Source: Eledone cirrhosa
Lineage: Eukaryota
Assembly (NCBI GenBank): GCA_964016885.1
Contig: OZ024742.1
Location: 370,822,001-370,886,000, forward strand
DNA: 64,000 bases
Direction: 5' to 3'
Positions within the stretch are counted from its first letter, which is position 1; every line of letters starts with the position of its first letter. Position numbers and translations under genes: made by a program. The notes under the pieces were generated by a model. The model saw only the letters and a list, made by a program, of their open reading frames with translations, made no database searches and was not told the DNA's origin. Shown here piece by piece: positions 40,136 through 51,300 of this stretch.

Positions 40136-40171
40136 TCCTAACGTTTCGGACGTTAGCCCTTCATCAGAAGA
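40136..40171 (-). ncRNA. Minimal type-I hammerhead ribozyme motif (Penelope-like-element type)
   Basis: Minus strand UCUU-CUGAUGA-A-GGGC(UAAC)GUCC-GAAA-CG-UU|AGGA. The core is intact, stems I and II have 4 bp each (with G-U), and stem III is the loop-less palindrome ACGU. Confidence 0.62.
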
Positions 40172-40313
40172 AAGAATGAGAAATTAGGTAGCTTGAAGGG
40201 GCGGGTGGGGTGGAATTGGAAAAAATGTCTTTATATATATAATGGTAAAAAATCAGGAGGTATCCGTAGTAAGTAGAGCACTCACTCCAGAGGATGTGTT
40301 CGGTATAGAGTTA

Positions 40314-40448
40314 GTTCCACAACAAAATAACAAACCATACCTGAGCGGTTTCACCGAATGGATTTTCAATCCACAGCCATAGACAGGTTGAAAACTCGTT
40401 CAGTGAAACCTGCGTCCTCGAGTATGGTTTGTTAATTTGTTGTGGAAC
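40314..40448. repeat. Imperfect ~135-bp fold-back hairpin
   Basis: gttccacaacaaaataacaaaccatac pairs with gtatggtttgttaatttgttgtggaac (1 mismatch). Inner ggtttcaccgaatggattttcaatc pairs imperfectly with ggttgaaaactcgttcagtgaaacc. Confidence 0.9.
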
Positions 40449-40884
40449 ACTCTCTCTCTGTATATATATAAACTTGATATAAATATACAAGGATTTAGAG
40501 CACTCAGTGGCATATGCAAATACTTAAGTTTCGTTGGGTTGTTTATTCCAACTCCTTCAGCCGGTCATGGTAAAAAAAAATGTCGTCCATTCATGGAAAT
40601 TTTAGAATGTATAGGAGAACTGTATAAAATGATCAAAGGTAGGTAATTTGTGATTTACATAGAGCCACGAGTTTTTTAATAGTTATCTCCCTTCTCATTA
40701 GTCTAACATAACCGACAAATATGTTTTTTCATACAGCAGCTGCTACGTATTTCTCTAGTTATATCGATATTAACAGAAATATGTAACTGAAACTCTAGTT
40801 CCTATTAGATCACTAAACAGACAATGATGTCGAAAGAATGTTGTACAGTGAGATAACGAAATTCGGAATAACGAACACCAGCTA

Positions 40885-41185
40885 GGGAGCCTTTAGTTGC
40901 TTTCTCAATCTGCTAGAAACAGTAGCTAAACATTCCCCAAATCACACCATACTGCATTTTCAAAATGTGGAACATATTCAATAATATAGTCTAATATATT
41001 CTTTATTCTTTAAATAGTTTCAGTCATTAGACTAGGGCCATGCTGGGGCACCACTTTCAAATGATTTAATCGATCATATATATCATATTGACTCCAGAAT
41101 TTATTACAATGTTTTTTCAAATCTGTTGCATATTTAATCTATCTCTGTTTATCAAATTTCTGTTATGGGACATAAATATAGACAC
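40885..41185. mobile_element. Two adjacent decayed interspersed-repeat (SINE-like) fragments
   Basis: gctagaaacagtagctaaacattccccaaatcacacc... and tttcagtcattagactagggccatgctggggcaccac... resemble common cephalopod SINE bodies. This is recalled similarity only. Confidence 0.4.
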
Positions 41186-41196
41186 GTACACACACG

Positions 41197-42050
41197 CTGT
41201 GGGACGTAGCGCCCCTGTATGGCATTCCACAGAGTTTCATCACCATCTTCAAAGGTATGAACACTAACTCGAGCTTTGCGTGAGAACAGAATCAGATACA
41301 ACAGAGTTCTTCAACATCATATCTGGGTGTCAAGGCTGCATCTTCTCTCCCCTGTTGTTCCTACTGGCTGCTGATTTCATATTGAAAAATACTGCCGAGG
41401 GAGCCAGTCTTGTGGACAGCGAAATCAAGGCTAAAAGACCTGAATTTTGCCGACGACATCGCCTTGCTATCTGAGGACAGTGCAAACCTGCAAGAGCTAT
41501 CAACATACCTACAGCAGAACTCTGAGAAGATCAGGTTACGAATCAACACCCAAAAGACCAAGGTTATGAAGGTAGGAAGCGACCAGGTGGCCGCAGTTAA
41601 GGTGAACCAACAGGAGCTGGACAAGGTCGATCACTTCACGTACCTTGACAGCATCCTGAGCAACAGTGGCGACATCGAGCTAGACATCAACTGCAGGATT
41701 GGAGCAGCGACCGCGGTGTTCCAACGGATGCACTCGATTTTGTCAAACGTAGCCATCAGCACGTACATCAAGCTGCACTTGTACACCAGCATTGCACTTC
41801 CCATGGCCATCTACGCCTGCGAAACGTGTAAACACACCGCCAAAACAGATAGGTATCTAAACACTTTCCACCAAAGATGCCTGCGTATGGTCACCTGCGT
41901 ATGGTCATCAGGTAAGAAACGGAGAGATCCTGCGGAGAGCAGGGTCGCGTACACTGCAGGAGATCATCATGGTGTGCCGGTTCTGTTTGACGGGTCACAT
42001 TCTGCACTTCCCACAACATCGCCTGTCCAAAACGGACTTTTCCCCGAGGG
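41197..42050 (+). mobile_element. Decayed RTE-clade LINE reverse transcriptase fragment
   Basis: Motifs LWDVAPLYGIP, GCQGCIFSPLLFLLAADFIL, LKDLNFADDIALL (FADD at 41446-41457), LRINTQKTKVM, VDHFTYLDSIL, DINCRIGAATAVF and LNTFHQRCLR. Frameshifts are present, including a 14-bp tandem duplication at 41880-41907. Confidence 0.9.
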
Positions 42051-42890
42051 CAAGCTTGTGGTAAAATGAAGTATCCTAGTTGGATTGTTTATCGACATAG
42101 ACGTGAGGGAAGGTCCCTCGTCTATTTACCATTTTTGTAAGTGAGAATTATAACAAGTGAGTGGGTGTGTGCGTAAACAAGACAATAACCACAACGAGAG
42201 TTATATTCAACAAATGTAAATAACGGTGATGTTTATTTTGTTTATATGTGTTTATTATATTACAAATGAAACATACCAAATATAGACGCGGTCAGTTGTG
42301 GTGAAGTATTACAATTACAAAGGTATTGTGGGGTTTGCTGTTCCCTTGGCTGTTTATCGTTTCGTGGTACAGAGGCTGTTCTGTGGCGTGTATGCCGTCT
42401 GCTTTCCCGTGGCTGTCTGCTGCTTACCTCGGTGTTCTCCACCCGGGGTAGACAACTAGGCCTGATCCATTATCCGCCAGGTGGCGTAAGGCGTCTTACA
42501 ACAAGCTGAAAAAATGTCGGCCGAAGATGACCTGGCGGCGGACATTCCAAAGTGACCTACAAACCGTCAACATCACCTGGCACGGATGTCAACGAGCTGC
42601 AACCGACCGACAGCATTGGAGACGATTTCGGTGACTTCTGTTACCGACGTAACAAGCCGACACAGAATTTTTACTTTCACCCTAGACAGGGTCTTCTGAA
42701 ACTGTGCGTCAACAGATTGGTTTTTCTCAGTTTCGGAAGATCCCGTGTAAGATGAAAACAGAAATTCTTTGCTTAAATCTTAATCTATACTAATAATAAA
42801 TATTTGCTCTACGGGTTTATATATACTTTTATATATAATAAATCCTTATCGAGCCCTCTTCAGATTTTGGTCTTTGTATTTATTATTACT

Positions 42891-43051
<161 letters not shown>

Positions 43052-43207
43052 GAAACACACAGATACATGCGGACACACACACATATACATGAATGCATCC
43101 GCACCCAACTGTGAGTTAAGGGTGCCAACCTCACCGATGTTGCTCAATGAATGACTGGGACAGACCAATTCAGTTTGAACCAGACTGAACCAGTATCAGA
43201 GTTAAAA

Positions 43208-43483
43208 ATACATTATGAAGAGAGAAGAAACATTTAGATATAATTAGTAATAAAATGTATCATACCTAAACTGTTCCTAAATTCCTCGACTACGTAGTTT
43301 CGTGGCATAAACAAAAACAATATATCAAAGATATAGAGTCCTTGCGAGGTCTGCCGACTTATCAAGAGGATACCTCATTTTACTAGTCTCAAGAACGCGT
43401 CTACACGACGTGAGAAAGAATTTAGGTATGATACATTTTATTACTAATTATATCTAAATGTTTCTTCTCTCTTCATAATGTAT
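43208..43483. repeat. Perfect 63-bp inverted repeat (43208-43270 / 43421-43483) enclosing a hammerhead motif; Penelope-like-element terminal remnant
   Basis: atacattatgaagagagaagaaacatttagatataattagtaataaaatgtatcatacctaaa and its exact reverse complement. The Penelope assignment is inference. Confidence 0.93.
43283..43370 (-). ncRNA. Type-I hammerhead ribozyme motif with U3-A8 core variant
   Basis: Minus strand UCCUC-UUGAUAA-GUcGGCA[long loop]UGCCAC-GAAA-CUACGUAG-UC|GAGGA. It has a 5-bp stem I, a stem II closed by G-C, palindromic stem III ACUACGUAGU and a GUC cleavage triplet. Confidence 0.7.
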
Positions 43484-43545
43484 ATATATATATATATATA
43501 TTACTTCAAAATATTAATAAATATAGACATTCATGTGATCAAAAA

Positions 43546-43611
43546 TATTTTATTATACATATTTCAGAGGTACTGAGCTATTTCATCAGTACGTCCTCAT
43601 CAGATAAAATA
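43546..43611 (-). ncRNA. Type-I hammerhead ribozyme motif
   Basis: Minus strand UAUUUUAU-CUGAUGA-GGAcGUACUGA(UGAAAUAGC)UCAGUACcUCU-GAAA-UAUGUA-UA|AUAAAAUA. It has a perfect 8-bp stem I, a ~10-bp stem II, near-palindromic stem III and an AUA cleavage triplet. Confidence 0.75.
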
Positions 43612-43773
43612 AATTGATGTCTGACATACCTCAACTGTGCTGATAGTTCAATTCCAGTCTTGGCAGTGATTAGTTATGATAAAACTCAATATTTATTAAC
43701 CATAAGATGTAACATGAAAAACTACATATAATAAAGAGGGTACGTAGGAAGAGGTGTATAAAAATATATAATA

Positions 43774-43950
43774 ATAAATGTAAGCTATCGCCGTATTTTG
43801 ACTAAAGAGAAAAGGAAAAAGATGAGTATTAACGTACATGTATGTCAATACTCATCTTTTTCCATTTCTCCGAGGGTTCTTAACCTCACTATCAGGCTAA
43901 ATAATTTCTTTAATTTCTTTAGTCAAAATACGGCGATAGCTTACATTTAT
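43774..43950. repeat. Perfect 35-bp inverted repeat (43774-43808 / 43916-43950) enclosing a second ~64-bp hairpin (43807-43870)
   Basis: ataaatgtaagctatcgccgtattttgactaaaga / tctttagtcaaaatacggcgatagcttacatttat. The inner hairpin is ggaaaaagatgagtatt...aatactcatctttttcc. Confidence 0.93.
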
Positions 43951-44718
43951 AATAATTTCAAACCCACTCGCTGTTTCGAAAATATTCTTAATATAATAAT
44001 AAATATATATAAAGGCAAGTAATAAATATAAACATAAAACTACATAACTGTTAAAAATTTAAATAATAAAATATGTATACCTCCGTATTATGGAGGGAGA
44101 AAATGAGAGAGGGAGAGAGCTAACAGGAGGAGAGAGAGAAAAGGAAAGAGAGATGATAGTAAAAACAAAGAAAGGGAGATATGTATGGTAACATATAATT
44201 ACATAAGGAGAAGGAGAATCAAGGTATATGATGCGTGGCCGTCTTTTTTCAAATATTAAGTTAATTAGAAATAATCAATTAATTAAATAACTTGAAATTT
44301 TTAGACTATAATATTTGAAAGAACCTATATTATTGTATTATATCAAAATTAAAACAAATATAAAGTGAAAAAGATAATTTAACATAACTCCAAGGGTAAT
44401 CAAGAGTATATTTAAATTATTAAATATAGTCAATAATTTAGTTAGAAAGATTAAAATTAAAAATGTTATTAATTAACCATAAAGCTTATAAATGTAGTAA
44501 ATATGATATTATTAAACCAGATTTATTTAGATATAAGCATTTGTATAGTTCATATATAAACTATAAGATTTAAATCGATATTTGTCAATTATATATAATA
44601 TTAATTATTAGTTATAATTACACTTAAGAGTGTTATAAATTTGATTTTAACTAAATTTTACTGTATTCACAATTATACATTATTCATTGATTAATCAATG
44701 AACCTTGTTAAACTTTTG

Positions 44719-44721
<3 letters not shown>

Positions 44722-44750
<29 letters not shown>
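44722..44750. repeat. (TA)n microsatellite
   Basis: Direct reading. Confidence 0.95.
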
Positions 44751-44752
<2 letters not shown>

Positions 44753-45227
44753 AATGTGATTCAGATAATTCGTTTTCGATGAAAAAGCACAGTCAGCAAC
44801 AAAATATGTACAGAAAAAAATATAACCGAAACGAAGAAACCACAATTATCAAAGAACGGAGATTATATCAATACAAAGCGAATCTAACCAACAACATAAA
44901 GAAGAGAAACAGTCCATGGAATATAAGGATTGATCAAGGGACATCAACATATAGAAAAAAGGAATATTTTGATTACATGTAACGAATAATTTTCTGTTGT
45001 ATAAATAACATTACAAATAGTGGGAGGGTGGCAGAAACGGAGGGAATGGCAGTGGGAGTTTGGTTTCCCTGTGTTCGGACCTGGTGTACATGTGTGTGTA
45101 ATTTTACACTTACTTTCGGGAGTGACTTATAAAATAATTACTTTACAGAGTGTACTGGGTGCGTTTTACATCACTATGTGGTAGTGTCTTAGGCAAGTGT
45201 CTTCTAGTGTAAACCCTAGATAACGAA

Positions 45228-45370
45228 TGTCTTGTTGAGAGTGTTGTGAAGTTTGAAAATGATGGGATGTTGTGAAGCTGTGTTGTGGGGGTTGGATTGG
45301 GAGGTTATGTTGTGAGATTGCATTTGGAGGTTGTGCTGTGATGTGGCAGTGTGAGGCTGTGATGTGAATT
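45228..45370. repeat. TG-rich low-complexity tract (tgttgtga-like) immediately before the 58-bp array
   Basis: Repeated tgttgtga / tgtgatgtg words. Confidence 0.6.
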
Positions 45371-45379
45371 GATAAATAT

Positions 45380-48300
45380 CTGAGCAATGAAAATGCCCTC
45401 TGGTCCACAACTGTATTTTAGACAGTGTCACCTTAGCTGAGCAATGGAAACACACCCCTGGCCTTCAGCAGTGTGTTAGACAGTGTCACCTTAGCTGAGC
45501 AATAAAAGCACACCTCTGGCCTTCAGCAGTGTGTTAGACAGTGTCACCTTAGCTGAGCAATGAAAACACACATCTGGCCTTCAGCAGTGTGTTAGACAGT
45601 GTCACCTTAGCTGAGCTAGGAAAACACACATCTGGCCTTGAGCAGTGTGTTAGACAGTGTCACCTTAGCTGAGCAATGAAAACACACATATGGCCTTGAG
45701 CAGTGTGTTAGACAGTGTCACCTTAGCTGAGCAATGAAAACACACATATGGCCTTGAGCAGTGTGTTAGACAGTGTCACCTTAGCTGAGCAATGAAAACA
45801 CACATATGGCCTTCAGCAGTGTGTTAGACAGTGTCACCTTAGCTGAGCAATGAAATCACACCTCTGGCCTACAGCAGTGTGTTAGACAGTGTCAACTTAG
45901 CTGAGCAATGAAAACACACATCTGGCCTTCAGGAGTGTGTTAGACAGTGTCACCTTAGCTGAGCAAGGAAAATAAACCTCTGGCCTTCAGCAGCATGTTA
46001 GACAGTGTCACCTTAGCTGAGCAGTGAAAAACACATATGGCCTTCAGCAGTGTGTTAGACAGTGTCACCTTAGCTGAGCAATGAAAACACACCTCTGGCC
46101 TTCAGCAGTATGTTAGACAGTGTCACCTTCGCTGAGCAAGGAAAACACACCTCTGGCCTTCAGCAGTGTGTTAGACAGTGTCACCTTAGCTGAGCAATGA
46201 AAACACACATATGGCCTTCAGCAGTGTGTTAGACAGTGTCACCTTAGCTGAGCAATGAAAACACACCTCTGGCCTTCAGCAGTGTGTTAGACAGTGTCAC
46301 CTTAGCTGAGCAATGAAAACACACCTCTGGCCTTCAGCAGTGTGTTGGACAGTGTCGCCTTAGCTGAGCAATGAAAACACACCTCTGGCCTTCAGCAGTG
46401 TGTTAGACAGTGTCACCTTAGCTGAGCAAGGAAAACACACCTCTGGCCTTCAGCAGTGTGTTAGACAGTGTCACCTTAGCTGAGCAATGAAAACACACAT
46501 CTGGTCTTCAGCAGTGTGTTAGACAGTGTCACCTTAGCTGAGCAGTGAAAACACACATCTGGTCTTCAGCAGTGTGTTAGACAGTGTCACCTTAGCTGAG
46601 CAATGAAAACACACATCTGGTCTTCAGCAGTGTGTTAGACAGTGTCACATGAGCTGAGCAATGAAAACACACCTCTGGCCTTCAGCAGTGTGTTAGACAG
46701 TGTCACCTGAGATGAGCAATGAAAACACACATCTGGCCTTCAGCAGTTTGTTAGACAGTGTCACCTGAGATGAGCAATGAAAACACACCTCTGGCCTTGA
46801 GCAGTGTGTTAGACAGTGTCACCTTAGCTGAGCAATGAAAACACACCTCTGGCCTTCAGCAGTGTGCTAGACAGTGTCACCTTAGCTGAACAATGAAAAC
46901 ACACATCTGGCCTTCAGCAGTGTGTTAGACAGTGTCACCTGAGATGAGCAATGAAAACACACCTCTGGCCTTCAGCAGTGTGTTAGACAGTGTCACCTTA
47001 GCTGAGCAATGAAAACACACCTCTGGCCTTCAGCAGTTTGTTAGACAGTGTCACCTGAGATGAGCAATGAAAACACACCTCTGGCCTTCAGCAGTGTGTT
47101 AGACAGTGTCACCTTAGCTGAGCAATGAAAACACACCTCTGGCCTTCAGCAGTGTGCTAGACAGTGTCACCTTAGCTGAACAATGAAAACACACATCTGG
47201 CCTTCAGCAGTGTATTAGACAGTGTCACCTTAGCTGAGCAATGAAAACACACATCTGGTCTTCAACAGTGTGTTAGACAGTGTCACCTTAGCTGAGCAAT
47301 GGAAACACACCTCTAGCCTTCAGCAGTGTGTTAGACAGTGTCACCTTAGCTGAGCAATGGAAACACACCTCTGGCCTTCAGCAATGTGTTAGACAGTGTC
47401 ACCTTAGCTGAGCAATGAAAACACACCTCTGGCCTTCAGCAGTGTGTTAGACAGTGTCACCTTAGCTGAGCAATGAAAACACACATCTGGCCTTCAGCAG
47501 TGTGTTAGACAGTGTCACCTTCGCTGAGCAAGGAAAACACACCTCTGGCCTTCAGCAGTGTGTTAGACAATGTCACCTTAGCTGAGCAATGAAAACACAC
47601 ATCTGGCCTTCAGCAGTGTGTTAGACAGTGTCACCTTAGCTGAGCAATGAAAACACACATCTGGCCTTCAGCAGTGTGTTAGACAGTGTCACCTTAGCTG
47701 AGCAATGAAAACACACATCTGGCCTTCAGCAGTGTGTTAGACAGTGTCACCTTCGCTGAGCAAGGAAAACACACCTCTGGCCTTCAGCAGTGTGTTAGAC
47801 AGTGTCACCTTAGCTGAGCAATGAAAACACACATCTGGCCTTCAGCAGTGTGTTAGACAGTGTCACCTTAGCTGAGCAATGGAAACACACCTCTGGCCTT
47901 CAGCAATGTGTTAGACAGTGTCACCTTAGCTGAGCAATGAAAACACACCTCTGGCCTTCAGCAGTGTGTTAGACAGTGTCACCTTAGCTGAGCAATGAAA
48001 ACACACCTCTGGCCTTCAGCAGTGTGTTAGACAGTGTCACCTTCGCTGAGCAAGGAAAACACACCTCTGGCCTTCAGCAGTGTGTTAGACAGTGTCACCT
48101 TAGCTGAGCAATGAAAACACACATATGGCCTTCAGCAGTGTGTTAGACAGTGTCACCTTAGCTGAGCAATGAAAACACACCTCTGGCCTTCAGCAGTGTG
48201 TTAGACAGTGTCACCTTAGCTGAGCAATGAAAACACACCTCTGGCCTTCAGCAGTGTGCTAGACAGTGTCACCTTAGCTGAGCAATGAAAACACACATCT

Positions 48301-51300
48301 GGTCTTCAGCAGTGTGTTAGACAGTGTCACCTGAGCTGAGCACGGAAAACACACCTCTGACCTTCAGCAGTGTGTTAGACAGTGTCACCTTAGCTGAGCA
48401 ATGATAACACACCTCTGGCCTTCAGCAGTGTGTTAGGCAGTGTCACCTTAGCTGAGCAATGAAAACACACATATGGCCTTGAGCAGTGTGTTAGACAGTG
48501 TCACCTGAGCTGAGCACGGAAAACACACCTCTGACCTTCAGCAGTGTGTTAGACAGTGTCACCTTAGCTGAGCAATGATAACACACCTCTGGCCTTCAGC
48601 AGTGTGTTAGACAGTGTAACGTTAGCTGAGCAATGAAAACACACCTCTGGCCTTCAGCAGTGTGTTAGACAGTGTCACCTGAGCTGAGCAATGAAAACAC
48701 ACATATGGCCTTGAGCAGTGTGTTAGACAGTGTCACCTTAGCTGAGAAATGAAAACACACATCTGGCCTTCAGCAGTGTGTTAGACAGTGTCACCTGAGC
48801 TGAGCAATGAAAACACACATATGGCCTTGAGCAGTGTGTTAGACAGTGTCACCTTAGCTGAGCAATGAAAACACACCTCTGGCCTTCAGCAGTGTGTTAG
48901 ACAGTGTCACCTTAGCTGAGCAATGAAAACACACATATGGCCTTCAGCAGTATGTTAGACAGTGTCACCTTAGCTGAGCAATGAAAACACACATATGGCC
49001 TTCAGCAGTATGTTAGACAGTGTCACCTTAGCTGAGCAATGAAAACACGCCTCTGGCCTTCAGCAGTGTGTTAGACAGTGTCACCTTAGCTGAGCAATGA
49101 AAACACGCCTCTGGCCTTCAGCAGTGTGTTAGACAGTGTCACCTTAGCTGAGCAATGAAAACATACCTCTGGTCTTCAGCAGTTTGTTAGACAGAGTCAG
49201 CTTAGGTGAGCAATGAAAACACACATATGGCCTTCAGCAGTGTGTTAGACAGTGTCACCTTAGCTGAGCAATGAAAACACACCTCTGGCCTTCAGCAGTG
49301 AGCTAGACAGTGTCACCTTAGCTGAGCAATAAAAGCACACATCTGGCCTTCACCAGTGTGTTAGACAGTGTCACCTTAGCTGAGCAATGAAAACACACAT
49401 CTGGCCTTCAGCAGTTTGCTAGACAGTTTCACCTTAGCTGAGCAATGAAAACACACATCTGGCCTACAGCAGTGTGTTAGATAGTGTCACCTTAGCTGAG
49501 CAATGAAAACACACATCTGGCCTACAGCAGTGTGTTAGATAGTGTCACCTTAGCTGAGCAATGAAAACACACATCTGGCCTACAGCAGTGTGTTAGATAG
49601 TGTCACCTTAGCTGAGCAATGAAAACACACCTCTGGCCTTCAGCAGTGTGTTAGAGAGTGTCACCTTAGCTGAGCAATAAAAGCACACATATGGCCTTCA
49701 GCAGTGTGTTAGACAGTGTCACCTTAGTTGAGCAATGACAACACACCTCTGGCCTTCAGCAGTGTGTTAGACAGTGTCACCTTAGCTGAGCAATGAAAAC
49801 ACACATCTGGCCTTGAGCAGTGAGTTAGACAGTGTCACCTTAGCTGAGCAATGAAAACACACATCTGGCCTTCAGCAGTGTGTTAGACAGTGTCACCTTA
49901 GCTGAGCAATGAAAACACACCTCTAGCCTTCAGCAGTTTGCTAGACAGTGTCACCTTAGCTGAGCAATGAAAACACACCTCTGGCCTTCAGCAGTGTGTT
50001 AGACAGTGTCACCTTAGCTGAGCAATGAAAACGCACCTCTGGGCTTCATCAGTGTGTTAGACAGTGTCACCTTAGCTGAGCAATGAAAACACACCTCTGG
50101 GCTTCAGCAGTGTGTTAGACAGTGTCACCTTAGCTGAGCAATGAAAACGCACCTCTGGCCTTCAGCAGTGTGTTAGACAGTGTCACCTTAGCTGAGCAAT
50201 GAAAACACACCTCTGGCCTTCAGCTGTGTGTTAGACAGTGTCACCTTAGCTGAGCAATGAAAACGCACCTCTGGGCTTCAGCAGTGTGTTAGACAGTGTC
50301 ACCTTAGCTGAGCAATGAAAACACACCTCTGGGCTTCAGCAGTGTGTTAGACAGTGTTACCTTAGCTGAGCAATGAAAACACACCTCTGGCCTTCAGCAG
50401 TGTGTTAGACAGTGTCACCTTAGCTGAGCAATGAAAACACACCTCTGGGCTTCAGCAGTGTGTTAGACAGTGTTACCTTAGCTGAGCAATGAAAACACAC
50501 ATCTCGTCTTCAGCAGTGTGTTAGACAGTGTCACCTGAGCTGAGCAATGAAAACACACATATGGCCTTGAGCAGTGTGTTAGACAGTGTCACCTTAGCTG
50601 AGCAATGAAAACACACATCTGGTCTTCAGCAGTGTGTTAGACAGTGTCACCTTAGCTGGGCAATGAAAACACGCCTCTGGCCTTCAGCTGTGTGTTAGAA
50701 AGTGTCACCTTAGCTGAGCAATGAAAACACACATATGGCCTTCAGCAGTGTGTTAGACAGTGTCACCTTAGCTGAGCAATGAAAACACACATATGGCCTT
50801 CAGCAGTATGTTAGACAGTGTCACCTTAGCTGAGCAATGAAAACACACATATGGCCTTCAGCAGTATGTTAGACAGTGTCACCTTAGCTGAGCAATGAAA
50901 ACACGCCTCTGGCCTTCAGCAGTGTGTTAGACAGTGTCACCTTAGCTGAGCAATGAAAACACACATCTGGCCTTCAGCAGTGTGTTAGAGAGTGTCACCT
51001 TAGCTGAGCAATGAAAACACGCCTCTGGCCTTCAGCAGTGTGTTAGACAGTGTCACCTTAGCTGAGCAATGAAAACACACCTCTGGGCTTCAGCAGTGTG
51101 TTAGACAGTGTTACCTTAGCTGAGCAATGAAAACACACCTCTGGGCTTCAGCAGTGTGTTAGACAGTGTCACCTGAGCTGAGCAATGAAAACACACATAT
51201 GGCCTTCAGCAGTGTGTTAGACAGTGTCCCCTTAGCTGAGCAATGAAAACACACCTCTGGCCTTCAGCAGTGAGCTAGACAGTGTCACCTTAGCTGAGCA

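Noticed and set aside
42058-42135. HDV-like ribozyme (agg-tccctcg-tct resembling P3/L3) near the RTE fragment
   Set aside because: There is no GG for P1.1 after the putative P1, no P4 or J4/2 catalytic C motif, and it is not at an RTE 5' end.
43862-43897. Fourth hammerhead on the minus strand (CTGATAG-TGAGG...CCTCG-GAGAAA)
   Set aside because: The core deviates at G8/A9 without compensation, GAAA is displaced, and no stem I is found.
44250-44990. AT-rich tract and ORF 44779-44982 as a gene or retroelement ORF
   Set aside because: No recognisable motif. It may be a very old LINE relic, but this cannot be supported without a profile search.
45421-45452. V(D)J/Transib RSS-like signal (GACAGTG similar to CACAGTG, followed by an A-rich word)
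   Set aside because: The essential first C of the heptamer is missing, and there is no good ACAAAAACC nonamer at 12- or 23-nt spacing.
45437-45480. Hammerhead in the 58-bp satellite (CTGAGCA...GAAAAC), as in newt or schistosome satellites
   Set aside because: The core is CUGAGCA rather than CUGANGA, with no stem II and no stem I/III pairing. The minus strand has CUGAAGG and no GAAA.
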